A stretch of 63,187 nt of DNA, the filler included, from Reclinomonas americana ATCC 50394 (Eukaryota), in NCBI GenBank assembly GCA_048213135.1. It is 16 parts of 16 records of this genome, joined end to end, with 100 filler letters (N's around TTAATTAATTAA, not from the genome) between each part and the next. Parts side by side here need not be neighbours in the genome. Positions count along the whole stretch, not along the records: positions 5,964 to 10,426 come from AFZH01018707.1; positions 10,527 to 13,142 come from AFZH01018708.1; positions 13,243 to 22,327 come from AFZH01018709.1; positions 22,428 to 30,633 come from AFZH01018710.1; 12 more parts are not named here. One strand, written 5' to 3'. A program made the translations under genes and the position numbers. The notes beneath the pieces are model-generated. The model did not search any database. It saw only the letters and a program-made list of their open reading frames with translations, and had not been told where the DNA came from. Of the stretch, positions 9,903 through 23,827 are shown piece after piece; within the stretch, counting starts at the first letter, position 1; each line of letters begins with the position of its first letter.

Positions 9903-12900
9903 ATGAGCGGTGCGACGGCGCCGGCGCAAGGTGATGTCGATGGTTTCTTCGAGTCGCTTGTGGGTCGCGTGCGAGCGGCCATGTTGAGTGTGCAGCCGGT
10001 GATGCGCGAGTTTGCGGAAGGTTTTTGTGAGAGAGACAAGTGACGCGTGTTGTGTGTCAATAAGAGAGAGTGCTTGCTGTTGCTTGTCGTGCACACTGTG
10101 CAAGCACTGAGAGCGAGAGAGCACTCACTGAGTCTGTCATCGCAACTGTCTCTCTCTCTCTCACACGCATTGTTCCTCTCTCTCTCTCTCTGTCTCTGTG
10201 TGCATCAAGCCTTCTGGTGCTTCTCCCCACTCTTCCTTTCTTCCCTCTCTCCTGCTCTCTTACTTCTCGTTCTCCACTGCATCTCCTCCTCTCTTTAATC
10301 TCTCGACTTCATCTCGTCTGGTCTGCTCTCCTTGCATCCAGTCTCCTTTCGCGTCTCTCGGTCCTTCTCCCCTCTCGCTCCTGCTTCTCTCCTCCCCTCC
10401 TCTCCCTTCCCTCCCTTCCCTCCCTTNNNNNNNNNNNNNNNNNNNNNNNNNNNNNNNNNNNNNNNNNNNNTTAATTAATTAANNNNNNNNNNNNNNNNNN
10501 NNNNNNNNNNNNNNNNNNNNNNNNNNCCTTCCCTCCCTTCCCTCCCTTCCCTCCCTTCCCTCCCTTCCCTCCCTTCCCTCCCTTCCCTCCCTTCCCTCCC
10601 TTCCCTCCTTCTCTCCCTTCCTCTCCCTTCCCTCCCTTCCCCGCCTTCTTTACCTCCCCTTTCCCCTCCACCCTCCTTTCCCCTTCTCCCCCCATCCCCC
10701 TCTTCCCCCTCCCTCACCCCTCCGCTTCACTCCCAGCCTGCGCCGACCACTCCCCTGCCATCCGTCTGCACTCCCTCACCCGCGACCTGTCGACGGCCAC
10801 CCGCCAGCACACGGATGAGCACAGCGACGACCATGTTGCATATCCGTCCATTTGTCTTCCTCCGCTGCTTCTGCGCGCGCCCACCCTCACTTTTCCCTCA
10901 CAATCCACAGGGAGAGCAACGTCTGTACTTTGCGCGCTGGCTGCTGGGCGAACTCGAGCGCATCAATGCCTCAGTGCAGGAGCGGGAGACGGTGGTGACG
11001 GTCGACGACGAGATGCTGCTGCAGAGTGCCATGGACTTGGTGTTCTTCTGGCTGGTGCACCCGCTGTGTGCGGAGGGAGTGTGCCCTGATCCGCGAGAGC
11101 GACTGGGACTGGAGGCGGCGCACTTGTTCCGCTTGGAGGCGCCGTCGAAAGAGCGCTTTGGTGGTGACTTTCTGGCCACGCATGTGGGTCGCTTGCTGGA
11201 CTTTGTGATGATGCACGGCGACTCAGCCATCTTCACGGTGCTCGAGTCGAAGCTGATTCGACGGCATCTGGGCACGTTGGTGTGTGCGACGCTGCAGTGT
11301 CTGAAGGACGCTCAGTTGGCGGAGGATGTGAAACGCGCGCTGGGACTGAAAATGCGTCGCCTGATGGACATGGTGTCGGCCGATGAGATGTTTGAGGCGC
11401 TGTACTGTGCAGGCGCCGCGCCCAAGATATCGGTGAGTGGAGTCGCAGTTGCAGGGTGCTCGTGGTGTCGCCATTAGAGCCCATCTGCCTCTATTTATGC
11501 TGCGCAGACGACGCCCCGCCCGCCATGGCTGGCCACGGAGTTGCGCTCGCTGCATGCGGCCATTGTCATGAAACCGCGGGGCGTCAGCCACCTCGTGGCA
11601 CACCTCGCACAGGCGTCGGAACGCACAGGTTCGTGGGCTAGGGAGAGAGAGCGAGAGGGAGCGGATGAGAGAGAGAGAGAGAGAGAGAGACAGGGTGAGA
11701 GAAGAGGATGAGTTGCCAACACGCGAAAGGGGCATGGTCCACTGGCTCTCCTTGTGTCACTCTCACCCACGACCTATGCCTCTGCACCGCAGGCCAAAGT
11801 GATCTGCTGGAAAAATTTGACGCGGTGGTGCACACGATTGTCACGTGCCCGGCGACTCTACGCCGTGCGGTTCGTAGAGACCCACACATTATCGTGTTTT
11901 GCATGACCTCACCTTTGTTGGTTTCCGCAGTCGTACTATGACTCGATCTGTCAGCAATTGGTGACTCTGGCACGCACACGCAATTCACTGCGCAACCATC
12001 GATTGCTGACGGTGGCCTCCGGTTGCATCTACGCCTTGCTCGACGACTGGAAGACCAGGCGTGCAGGCATGGAGAAGATTCTCGAGGTGTTGTGCCGTCC
12101 ACTCACGCGACTGATTCGATTACGAGGTGAGGCGTGTCGACTGCCGTGTTGCGGTGATTGCGGATCTCTCATTCGTAGTCATTATCGCAGCCACCACTGC
12201 CAGCACGGATTCTACCGTGTTACCGTTGCATCCACAGCTGCAACCACCACCTGGGTCTGCACCGTCAGCCGCCGCTCCGCCTTCGGCAAAAGAGAGCGTG
12301 GAGGAAGCTTCCCTGCGGTTGCCGTCGTCGGGACCTGCCGGTGGCCGGAGACCACTGATCCAGGTGCTACCCGATCCGGAAGGTGTGTGCATGCAGTTTG
12401 CGCGTGACTTGCAGTGCACCGCCCCCTCAAAAGCTTGTGTGTGTGTTTGGCGCGAAGAGGAGGGAGGGAGCGAGAAGCGGAACACGGCGTCGCTTCTGGT
12501 GGACGAGGCCGAGCTGGAGGCCTGCATCGAGGTGAGCAGTGTGTGCTTCGGTGCATGACGGAATCCGTGCTGACACCCCTGATAGAGCCTGCACCGGCTG
12601 GTGGTCGCCCACTCATACCTGGCACGCTCACATCGTGCTGCCGACGGGGGCCCGTCGAGCGCTGCTACACCAGCCGCCACACCTTCATCGTCGACGCAGC
12701 CGCACTTGGTGCTGCGCGGGTGGCGCCTGTGTCTCGAGTACGCCGAGCTGCTGTTTCCGGTGCTCTTCCAACTGTACGCGTTTCTCCGTCGATCCGCGTC
12801 TGGGCTCAAGGTATGTCGCCCCATCTTTGCCTCTCGTTATCTCTCAATCCTCTCCCAGTCATTTTTCTTCCTCCCCCTTCCTCTCTCTTCCTCTCCCGTC

Positions 12901-15649
12901 CTCCCCCTTCCGTCTTCCCCTTCATCTTCCCCCTTCTTTTCCCCTTTCTTTTCCCCCTTCGTCTTCCCTCTTTTCCTTCCCCTCCGTCTTCCCCCCTATC
13001 GTCTTCCCCCATCGTCCTCCCCCATCGTCTGCCCCCCATCGTCCTCCCCTTCGTCTTTCCCTCCGTCTTCCCTCCTTCCCTTTCCCCTTCCCCTTGCACC
13101 TTCCCCATTTCGCCTTCCCTTCGTCTTCCCCTTCGTCTTCCCNNNNNNNNNNNNNNNNNNNNNNNNNNNNNNNNNNNNNNNNNNNNTTAATTAATTAANN
13201 NNNNNNNNNNNNNNNNNNNNNNNNNNNNNNNNNNNNNNNNNNTCCGCTTCCCCTCCGTCTTCCTCCGTCCGTCGTCTCCCTTCCGTCGTCCCCCTTCGTC
13301 TTCCCCTCAATCTTCCCCTCCGTCTTCCTCTCCGTCTTTCTATCCATCTTCCTTTCCGTCCCTTCGCCATCGTCTTCCCCTCATACCCCTTCCCCTTCCC
13401 CCTCCCCTTTTCCCTCCCCAGGTGGCCTGCCAGGAACTCGTGCAATGCGTCCTGCAAAACAGCGAACAAAAATCGCAGCTGCTGTGGAACGTGGTCTCCC
13501 CGTTTGTCAATGCCGATGCCCGCTTCATTGCCGAGTGTGTGTTTCGTCTCGGCGACGGCGGCGGTGTGCGCGCCTTTCGGGAGAGCAATTCGTTTCGTCG
13601 CGGCACCAACGCGCTCATGCTCACTCCTCATGCACCTCACCCTTACGTGCTTGCGGCAGCGATCGCGAGTTCACCGAGGATGTGGACTCCATGGTGGAGC
13701 TGCTGTCCACGTTGCGCAATTCCGATCTAGCCGGCGATTTGTACGTGAAGCTCCTCGGCACGTTCATGCATCTGAGCAGCGAGCTGTCGACGAGCACCGA
13801 GTACAGCCAGCCAGTGCTGCACAACCAGTTGCGTGGAAAATTGCCTCTGTAAGTGACGCGCGAGGAAATCTCGGGCTCTGACTTGTGTGCGGCTTGTGCA
13901 GGCGTCGAAACATTCTCCAGCTGCTGTGTCGCATGGGCGGGCAACTGAATGCCGCCATGCTTCGCAACACGACGCAGACGCTGGACATGCTGTACCTCAT
14001 TCTAGCGGACGCAGTGGAGCGAGACGAGAGCACGCTGGTGGAGACGGATGAGCAGGTGTGCATATTGTGCGCGTGCCCTGATTTTCTTTCTCTCCCTCAC
14101 ACACCACATCTGTGATAGCCCAACGCCCCTCCATCTGCGTCGGCGCCTGCGCCCCGAACAACACTGCTTGACTTTGGTGGCGACGAGGCGCAGGATGGCG
14201 GCGGTGACCTCGACGACGATGCCGATGGTGAGCTGGTGCTCGAGGGACTGCGAGTGGTGCGCAAGTCGAAAAAGGCTACCGCCGACAATGGCGCTGCCGC
14301 CGGCTCTGCATCATCGACAGCATCGGCTCGCAGCAAAATCGAGCAGCTGCTGGATGACGGCGATCGTCGTGACGCACCACCAAAGCACGATACGGAGCTG
14401 CTCGACATTGCCTTGTCCATTCTTGCTCTTGTGTTGGAAGGTGAAGAAGGGAGAGCGTGCACGAGAAGAGACTCTCTGTTCACTGTTTTCACATCCCGTC
14501 TGTGCAGGACGCGTGAGCGTATCGCTCGAGGAGCACCGCCGATTGCTGTCATTCATGCCACTCCTCACTCGCCTCTCCGAGCACCCGAACGAAGATGTGG
14601 CTGGTCTTGCTTCCATTTGCCATGTGTTTGCGCTGTCGCGCACAATGGCGGCGGCCACCGATGAGGCCGCTGGAACAGCAGAGGACGCCGAGGCTGCGCG
14701 CACTCGTGAGGAGAAGCGCATCCTCGACTCGATCCTGACGGAGATCAAGTGTGTTCATTTTCGCACTTTTTCGTCTTGGTCTGCTCGTTCTCACATCAAT
14801 GCACGCAGGGATCCTCTGATTCCCACCCGCGGCAAGGCGGTGGCGGAATTGCGGGAGCTCACTCTGCGCCGCAGCCCGATTGTGGAGCAAAACCTGGACC
14901 ACCTGGTGGAGATGCTTACGTCGCTGCTGAAGGAGGAAGACAGGTGCGAAGCATCAAAGAGTGAGTATCTGGTTTGTTTGTTCACCCTCCCTTTGTTCCT
15001 TCGCCTGCGAAGCTACGTCTTTCTGTCGGCGATCAACGGCTTGCTGGCCATGGGCGATGTGTACACGGAGCGGGTCGTTCCGGCGCTCACCGATCTGTTT
15101 GAGGATCGCTCGAAGCGAGTGGAGTTGCGACTCAAGGTCGGCGAGAGCCTGATGCGAGTGGCGGAACGGTGTGGCGAGATGTTGCCGCACTACGGTACGT
15201 CGCAGCAATCCATGCTTGTCCACTTTTTCGCTCTGACTGTTCGCGATGCAGGTCGCCTGTTTGTGAGCCCATTCCTGCGCTGCCTCGGAGATGCGGATGC
15301 GTTGCTGCGCGCCTCCTGCCTCTCCAACATTGCATCGCTGGCCGGGGTGATGGGAGCCGGTGCCTTCCCCTTCATCACGGACATTGCGACGGCGGCTCTC
15401 GGCGTGCTGCAAGTGAACGACCCGGCAGTGGAGGTGCGACGAGCCGCCCTGTTTGTTCTCGGCTTTATGTTGCTCGGCGCCGGCGCCCAAGTGCCGTCGC
15501 TGTTGGGACAGCAGTTGATGCGCGATGTGGCCTCGCGCCTGCTCATTGTGGAGGGCAACACCAAGGAGGACGACGTGTGCCGTGCACACGCACGACACGC
15601 CATCATGCTGCTCGACAACATTCTCTCACACCCGCTGTTGGTGGAGTGA
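9903..15649 (+). CDS. TANGO6: TANGO6/Rtp1-like HEAT/ARM repeat protein, about 17 exons, spans two gaps
   Basis: C-terminal RTP1_C-like motifs after splicing: KDPLIPTRGKAVAELREL, LKEEDSYVFLSAINGLLAMGD, RLKVGESLMRVAERCGEMLPHY, DADALLRASCLSNIA. First exon MSGATAPAQGDVDGFFESL. Confidence 0.82.
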
Positions 15650-15721
15650 AACACCAAAGAATCGACGCAAATTCCCCCCTCGCTTCATTCACTGTTTTCC
15701 CCCCCAGATTGTGCGCACGCG

Positions 15722-18700
15722 TCAATCATCGTCCTCCGCTGCCTCCAGCTCTTTCCACGAGCGAATATTGCTGAGCAGCGATTCAAACACCGACGACGCG
15801 GCTGGTAAGGAACGCGACAGCAGCGAGAACACCGGCTTCGCCACGTGCTCGTTGAAGCCGACTTGTGTGCCGACAAAGTGAATTCGGTCGCGATCTGTGC
15901 GGCACACACACTCGAGTTGAGTGGAAAATCCAACACGTAAACTGTGGCGCTGTACGACACTCACCAAACATGGTGGCCACCTCAACACCTGCCGCCTTTT
16001 CTTCGTCGCCCTGCTTGAGGAACTCGTCAATGACGCGTCGGCCCCACTGGCGGGCGATCTGTATGCAAGCAGCGGGAGACCAGGAGAGTGTCAGCTTCAC
16101 GGAAAAAATGCAGAGGGCATGCAGTAATCTCATCGTCAAACACACACCGCTTCCTCTCCTCGCGCGTCTGCCCCTTAAACTCTCCTCTCTTTCTCTCTCA
16201 TCTACAGTCTTCGTGCTCTCCTCGGTTTTTCTCTTTTCCAAATGCCTCGTGACCCAACATTGCAGTTAATCTCATCGTCAACACACACCGTTTCCTATCC
16301 TCGCGTGCCTGCCCCTTAAACTCTCCTCTCTTTCTCTCTCATCTACAGTCTTCATTCTCTCCTCTGTTTTTTCTCTTTCTCGCACATTATGCCTCGTGAC
16401 ACAATATCGGCCGGCGTGCTCACTTACTTTAGTTTCTCTTCCGCCAGCCCCCCTCTTTCCCCCTGCTGCACCCACACTCTTCGCTATTTTCTCACTCATT
16501 CACTCTACCTCTTCCCACTCCTTCCCTGCTTCCCCTGCTGCATCCACTACCATTGCTAATCTCTCAATTTCTGTCTCTCGTGTTCCCTTCCTCTCGTCTC
16601 CTCGTATACAGTTGTCGCTCTCTTTCAGCCTCTGCCTGTCAGCTTAACAGCCTGCATACTTCTCATCCCTCCCGCTCTTTTTCCCCCTAACCCAGTCTGC
16701 TCCACTTCCATGCATTACCTCCCGTTCACTCCCTTCTCCCTTCGCCCTTCCCCTTTGCCCTCCCTCCCCTTTGCCCCCCTTGCCCCCTTGTCCCCCTTGC
16801 CCCCCCTTCGCCCCCCTCTCGCCACGCAACAGGGAACGGCTTGGTGCACGAGCTGAGATCACTCCACTTGACAATCATGCACAACATGAGCTGCCGGTGA
16901 TCGTCGTTGGCGGTCGGGTTGAATTCACCACTGTCCAACAGATCACTGAGACGGCGCGAGTAGTCCTTGTCGCGACTCGGGTCGGTGGAGAGAATCGTGG
17001 CCACCAGCGAGCGCCACGCCTGCTTGCACAGCTCAGGCGTCAGCGACGAGAACACGTTGGTCTCGTGGTTGGTGAGAATGGCCATGGTGATGGAGGCGTG
17101 ATGTGTCTCCATGATGGAGCCAGAGGAGTACAGCACACCGAGCGGCGAGGCCATGTTGCGCAGGAACTGATTGGTAAGCCCTGCGTGCGAGGATACAAGT
17201 GAGTGTCGGGGGGAAACTGAGAAAGAGAAGGCTCCCCGCAAAAAAATTTACCTTGATGATTAATGTCGTGGCACAGGGCGGCGGTGAGCAGCACAAACAT
17301 GTCGATCGGACGCATCCACGGCAGATCCTTGGCCGCACCACCTCGCGGATGCAGGTACCAGAAGCAGGAGTGGGTGACTGCGTGTGGAGACCGCATATAA
17401 GTCCTGCAGATGACCGCCGAGCATTTCGAAAACATTGCCTCACCATCGAATGCATGCTCAAAGTTGTGATAAATGACCTCGCTGTGGTAATGACGGCGCA
17501 CTTCGATGACGAAGCGCAGCAGCTTCTCCGTGGAAATGCTAAAGGTGTCGACCAGGCCGAGTTCCTCATACATGGCGACCACGAGACCCACGCGCTCGTC
17601 CGCCGACACCCCGAAATGATCAAAGCCCCACGTGAACAGCTGTTCGCGCAGTTCTGCACCCACCACATACTGCTGCTGCATAGCGGCAAGTGTGGGCTCA
17701 AACACCAGCTGCGGGTGCGCCACGTAACCGGAAATGCCGCTGCGGTTATACAAAGCGCATGGTGAGCATGATGGAAAGAAAGGAAAGGGAGCGCACTCAA
17801 GACAATAAAACCAACCAGAAAGCGGCAAAGGCCTCCAGCAAACGTGCATCCTCCGCGGCAAACGTGCCGTGTCGCTTGTTGACCATTTCCTGTGGAGGGC
17901 GTGATGTGAGTGACAGACTGCAACGTGAGTGGGCCACAGGGGACGCAACAGCAACGCCAATGACTTCGCCAGTTGGTGAGCGCACAGGGGCCGCCAGGAT
18001 GTTGTGCGTGGTGTATCCTGTGGGCGGTGTGGGTGAGCGACAAGAGAAAAGAAGAGACGGAAGGACGAGAAGAACAAGGACAAGTGAGTTGGACAGGATG
18101 AGAGAGAGAGAGAGAAGAAGAAGAATCACTTGTCATTCCTCCTGCTGCCGGTGCTCACAGGTGGTCTCAGTTCTCTAAACAACAAGTGACGCAAAACGCT
18201 GAAGATCTGCGTTGAATTAGCCGCCAAGGCAGAAAGATTGACACAAAGATCAGGTGAGATATTGGGGAAAGAAGAACAGCGAAACGACCGATAGAACAAA
18301 TGCAGTAGCCGACTCTGGCTCCGTCTCTGTCTAACACTCACCACTCCGCTTGTCAACCTCGGGAGAGAACTTGGGGTTCGAGTATGGATCGTTCTCAATC
18401 ACCGTCTCCCCGCTGCTGGCAGTAAAGCCGGCAATACCCTGCGTCATGGGCATGCGAACCTCGCCAAGGACTGCCACGGAGGTGAGACGCATGCAGAGGG
18501 TGCCTCACAAATAACAACAGCAGTGACACACCATCCGACAAGCGCGCGACAATTTCTTGGCGGCCGCGATCCAACTCGAATATCGCAAAGCGGTCGGCGC
18601 CCACCAGCCGACTGGCGTGCCGCATGAGTTCATTCATTGTCTCCGAATCGTGATCGCCGGAGACGAGCGTGATGGCGATTTGCACAAGTGTCTCGTACTG

Positions 18701-21462
18701 ATCGACAATGTCAGCACCCACCCTCTGTTCATCTCCCGCACACGCTACATCCGCTCACCTTGTGTTGCACGGCGGCCAAGTTGTTGAAAATGAGCGCGTT
18801 GCGCAGAGCGATACCGCAGAATGTGGCAAACACCTCAAACACCTGCGGGAAGAATGAGACTTTGCGGGTGCTTTTTTTCAGCAGACTGGTGGAGGAGGCT
18901 ACGAACCTCCAAATCGCCTGGTGTGAACGACGAGCCGTCTTCCTTGTTGCACACTTGCGCCACGCCGATAATCTCACCAGCCTGCGCAATCGGCACGCAC
19001 ATGACCGACTTGGTGCGGAAGCCCGTGCGTTCATCTTGTGCGCGGTCAAATCGCTCGTCGCGTTGCGCGTCCGCCACAATAATGCTCGTGCCGGAGGCCG
19101 CGGTCATGCCTGACGGTGCGTGAGCCACAGAAGGCACGAAAGAGAGGGGAGAAAAGATCACGCGCTTCCCTTCCTCCTCACCTGCAAGCCCCTGTCCCAG
19201 CGGGATGCGAATCGGCGAGTCTGTCTCATCGACGCCGTCGGCCACTCGCGAGATCAACTGGCCCGCCTCACGATCGACGAGGTACACGGTGGCGCGCTCA
19301 CCAACCACCAAACTACGTGACAGTTGCATAACACGTCCTGCGTTCACCGCGTGTCAACAAATGGATACAGGTTTCTGCTGTGACAGCGACTCGTTCGACG
19401 CAACGCAGCACGACATCCACATCCAGGCTCGCCTGCAGCGACTTGGCGAAACGCATTACCAAGTCGGCACGATTGCGCTGGTGCATGGCCTGTCGCATTG
19501 CACCGCGCATCATGAGATCGACCTGTTGTGCTGTAACGACAGAGTCTCACGACGCACCTCAGAGTACAGCATGGCGTTGCCGAGGGCCAGGCCGCAAAAG
19601 TCGGCAATCATCGTGGCCCACTGCTCGTCCTCGGCATTGAACGGACCAGCTGCGTTAGTGCGAGTGCGGTGAGAACGGTGAAGTGGACTTTTTCGTGGGT
19701 GCTGCGCGTGCGCAACATTGGTCAAAGCGGTTCATCAGCTGAATGACTCCAATGCACTGCGTGTGTGAAAGAAGAAGCGTGAGCGCCTCTGCCGAAACGA
19801 CACACCGACAAGAATCGCACCTTGCCCGAACGTCGAATGGGGACCGACAGGAGGTTGCGCGTATAGTACCTGCGAAAAGGCGGCAGAGTGCGGGCGAGGG
19901 CGGCGGCAGTGAGTAACGACAAAAACAACACCAAATCACAGCACAGCGCTGCTGTTGTCTCACCCCGTGGCAAAGTCCACTTGCTGATTGAAGCGGGAAT
20001 CTGTGCGCGCCAGAAGGTCGTGAGGAGAGCCTAGGAGAAGAAAAAAGATACAAAGGGAGCTGACAACAAACCCGAGTAGCAATCGGCGACGTTGATGATC
20101 GCGCATGTGGTGGCGCACTGGCCGGCGATACTCGGCGTCGACAGCGGCAGCCGGATGCTGGCCAATCCGACCGCATACGTCGTGTACAACTCATTGGTCT
20201 TCTCGTCGAGCAGGAACACCGAGCAGCGCTCGCACCCAATGAGGCCGCGACTGCGCTCCACAATGCGACCAACCACCGACTCGACATTCATGTCTTGCAC
20301 AATCTCGCTGGCAAAGTGAAGCACCAGTTGCGACTTGTCTTGCACTTCACGAGCTGCGCACATTGCAAATCAGTCACGCTCGCCGTGTTCTCCTTTTCTC
20401 TCTGCCTACACGCACCCTCAGAGATGAGCGTGGCGCACACGTGTCGAATGGCCAGCTGCGAGTAGAGGCGACCGACAGTGCGCAAAAACGACTGCGTCAA
20501 CTCCAACTCCTCCACGCTGAAATCCGGCAGCCCGACCACCACCGCCGACTGTGCCGCCACTCCACCCTGCTGCTGCTGCTGCTGCTGCTGACCCGCGGCA
20601 TCCACTCGAAAACGCAGCAAGTGCACAATGAAGAGCACCTGCGATTCGCATCAGTGTCTCTCGTTGTTATGCCCGGAGAAACCCTACGCGAATACATACC
20701 TCGCCCGTGGTCGGGTCCGTCACCGGCAGCATCATCGACGAGCAGCGACCTTCGCGCCCACGCGCAGCGACCGGCAAGAAGCGCAGGTCGACATCGGCAG
20801 TGAAGCCGCGCTCGCGCACCAAATCGCCCGAGCGGATCGCCTGCCCCGAGACCACCACGCGATGAGTGACCGATTCACCCAGGAACATCGGCTCAAAGCC
20901 ATCGCCAGAGGTGGCGGTAGCAGCAGAAGTCAACGATCCACGCGGTCGACTGGCGCCGGCCGAGGACGCGCTGCACGCAAAGACAAAGAGTCAGTCAGTA
21001 AGAGTGAGAAAGAGAGATTGATCGACCAGTGTACCGTGTGGGCGATGCCTCTCGTGAGCGCGTCATGGCAAATCGCAGCTCAGAGGTCGGCGAGAGGCAC
21101 TGTATGCGTGCGTCAGTGTGAGAGAGACAGAGAGTGAGAGAGTGAGTGTGATAATTATACGCACAGAGGATGCGCCAATGAGTGCGGCCGAGGCTGTGAT
21201 GCGGAACTCGCGTGCGCGTTGTACGTGAGTGGTGCTCTCACAGACCTCCAGCACACCGCCGTGAGTCACCTTGTGTGGGTGAATGCGAGGCACACACACA
21301 CAGAAGAGTCAATGCGAGGTGTGAGTGTGAGCGCAGAGTGTGAGTGCGTACTTGGAGAATGTGTGTGAGCTTAATGTAGGCCATGGAGATGAGCTCGGCG
21401 CCGGATTGGGCGCCGATGAGAGCGTCGAGAACGTCGTAGAGAGCGCCTTTGCTCAGCACCAT
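15722..21462 (-). CDS. Class I cyclic nucleotide phosphodiesterase with at least three N-terminal GAF domains, more than 20 exons
   Basis: Catalytic motifs YHNFEHAFDVTH, LTAALCHDINHQG, METHHAS, ILSTD, SDLSSCTKPFPIARQWGRRVIDEFLKQGDEEK, QVGF. GAF signatures CERCSVFLLD..GIAG..YYTRNLLSVP, ERATVYLVD..DERFDRAQDERTGFRTKSVMCVP, ADRFAIFELD..PKFSPEVDKRSGYTTHNILAAP. Confidence 0.93.
16121..16405. repeat. Tandem duplication of ~141 bp inside a PDE intron
   Basis: AATCTCATCGTCAA(A)CACACACCG...CCCCTTAAACTCTCCTCTCT...TCTACAGTCTTC...TGCCTCGTGAC occurs twice. Confidence 0.9.
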
Positions 21463-22187
21463 TTTTTTGTTGTAAGTCGGGATTTTCGCGCGCGCGGAAA
21501 TTCTCCGCAGTGTGATGAGCGCGCGGGAAAGGCGTGCGCGTGTGTGTGAAATGGAGTGGAGGAGCAGCGAGGTGGAGGAGAGAAGTGGGCGTGAGAGCTC
21601 GAGAGATGGCATCGATATCGGCGTCCGATATTATATCGATACTGGCGTTGTGTTGCGGTGGGGCCGACGAGAGCGTCAAAAGAAGTCAACGTGCACGAGG
21701 ATTGTATCATTGCAAAGCCAGCCAGACTCGCTTGGAGCTGCTTGAAAGCGATTCAATTCCTGCACGTGCTGTACATGTTTCTATCTGGTCTCGAGCTCGA
21801 GCCCTCTTCTGCATGCCAGACACTACAGCTGTCACTGCCTGAAGGTGAAAAGTGCCGATCTACTTCAACCCTCATTCGTGCGACAACACAGCCACGTACT
21901 CTGCAAAGACCGCGCGCATGCAAGACGACGTCGACATCATTTGCAAAAGGAGTACTTCTGCGCCCTCTTTCTTCCACCCTCTGTCCCTCTCTCTCTCTCC
22001 TGCGCGTGAGGGAAGGGCAGTAAAGGTCGGCGCAGACCATGCATGTCCTCTCGTCTTCATCGTCGTCTTCCTCATTGTCTCCACCAACGATGCGAACAGC
22101 AAATGCCTTCCGGACTCACGCCGAGACAAAAGACTTGCTCAGTGACTCGACAGGCAAGGAGTCGTGCATGCATACACACGCACACGC

Positions 22188-22236
<49 letters not shown>

Positions 22237-23827
22237 GAGACGACGACGCGACACGTCGTCGTCGTCGTTACTCCTCCTACGACGTACGTAGACGTACGAC
22301 GACCGAACGACGACGACGGAGGGAGAGNNNNNNNNNNNNNNNNNNNNNNNNNNNNNNNNNNNNNNNNNNNNTTAATTAATTAANNNNNNNNNNNNNNNNN
22401 NNNNNNNNNNNNNNNNNNNNNNNNNNNGACGACCGTAACTTACCCGGTACCGTAACCTAAACCAACTACACCTACGTCGTCGTACGGTACCCGAACGGAC
22501 GGGACGTAGTACGGTTACGTACGCGAGTACTCTCTCTCTCTCTCTCTCCTTCCTTCTCCTCCCTCCTCTCTCTCTCTCTCTCTCTCTGAGCCTCTCTTGT
22601 CTCTCGTGCAATTCTGGCGACGATGAGGCTTCTCAACCTTCCAGCAGAGTTTGGGTGTAATGGTGCGTCTGTCTGTCGCCATGGGTGTAGTGTGAGATCG
22701 CTCACACTGTCCGCTGCGACAGGTTGGTCTGTGTCTCGCGTGTGCTTTCCTTGTCTCTCTCTCTCTCTCTCCTCTTCTCTCTCCTCTTCTCTCTCTCTCT
22801 CTCTCTCTCTCTTTGTCTTCTTGATTGCCCTCTCCCATCTCACTCCACCTTCTTCCTCTCGATCCTTCTTGCCCGCTGGTCTTCTGCTTCATCATCCTCG
22901 ATCGCGAGCTCTCCTTCTCGTCCGCTCTTCTCCTCCTTCACCAACTTGCCAATGTGGCCTCACTTGGATACGCGGACACTTCCAGCTGTTGGACTTGCCA
23001 CTGGAGTCTTTCAAGCCGCTGTTGAGTCTTTGCCCCGCTCTCGCGTCGCAAGCCGTGCATTTTGTCAGCCTATCCTATGTAATAAGTCCCCTAACCGTTG
23101 CATCCGTTTGATTAGACCACTTTTTTTATTTCCAGTCGCACATTGGCGGAGAGTTCGATCACCGTTACTCCTCCCGTGTGTTTGATTCGGCACTGCTGCC
23201 TCTCAGCAGAGAAAAGGAAAGGAAAGGATTGTGTGCACACGCTGCGTGTCTCACCGCGTTCACTTTCTATCGTCATCCATGCTGCGCAGTGCGTGGTGTG
23301 TGTCTCTCTCTGTGTGTGTGTGTGTGTGTCTGGTTCACCAAGTGTGCCTTTCCGTTGTGTGCGTGACTCGCTTTTGCTCCCGTTGCCGCTGCGCTTGTGG
23401 CTCTGCCGCACTCCACTCCCCCCAAGTAGTGTGCAAAATTTGGCGCGCACGCGCCTATTCCCTCGTCTCTCAGTTCCCCTGCGCTCCTCTCTCCCCCGCA
23501 TGTTTCCTCTCCTTCCCCTCCTGTCACCCTCTCATGTGTTCTGCACAAAACTGCTACTGGTAGACACGCACGCACGCAGTAGTAACGCGTTGTTCACTCT
23601 CCTTGTAACGGTCACATGTTTCGCGCGCGAATTCCTTTTTGCGCAGATGCACAAACACTCTCCCTCTCTTTTTCTCATTCTCTCTTTCACTTACTCTCTT
23701 TCTCTTTCTCCGAGAGCGTTGATTTCTTTGTAATGGTGTGCTGTTTTTGTTCGCTGTTGAAGTCGCGATTGCTAACGAATAAAATTCGCGCCAACAGGTG
23801 TGAAGAAAGAAGAAAAAGAAAAACGAC

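Noticed and set aside
10835..10910. Donors GTTGCAT (10835) and GTTACTT (35553) as shifted-class members
   Set aside because: They follow non-G bases and start GTT but lack the +6 G; excluded from the count of 39 as ambiguous.
22236..22530. Odd ACG/TACG/GTAC-rich quasi-palindromic sequence on both sides of the gap (also 30734-30751 and 36072-36083)
   Set aside because: Occurs only at contig ends beyond long (GA)n tracts and cycles through T-A-C-G, which is typical of degraded pyrosequencing read ends.
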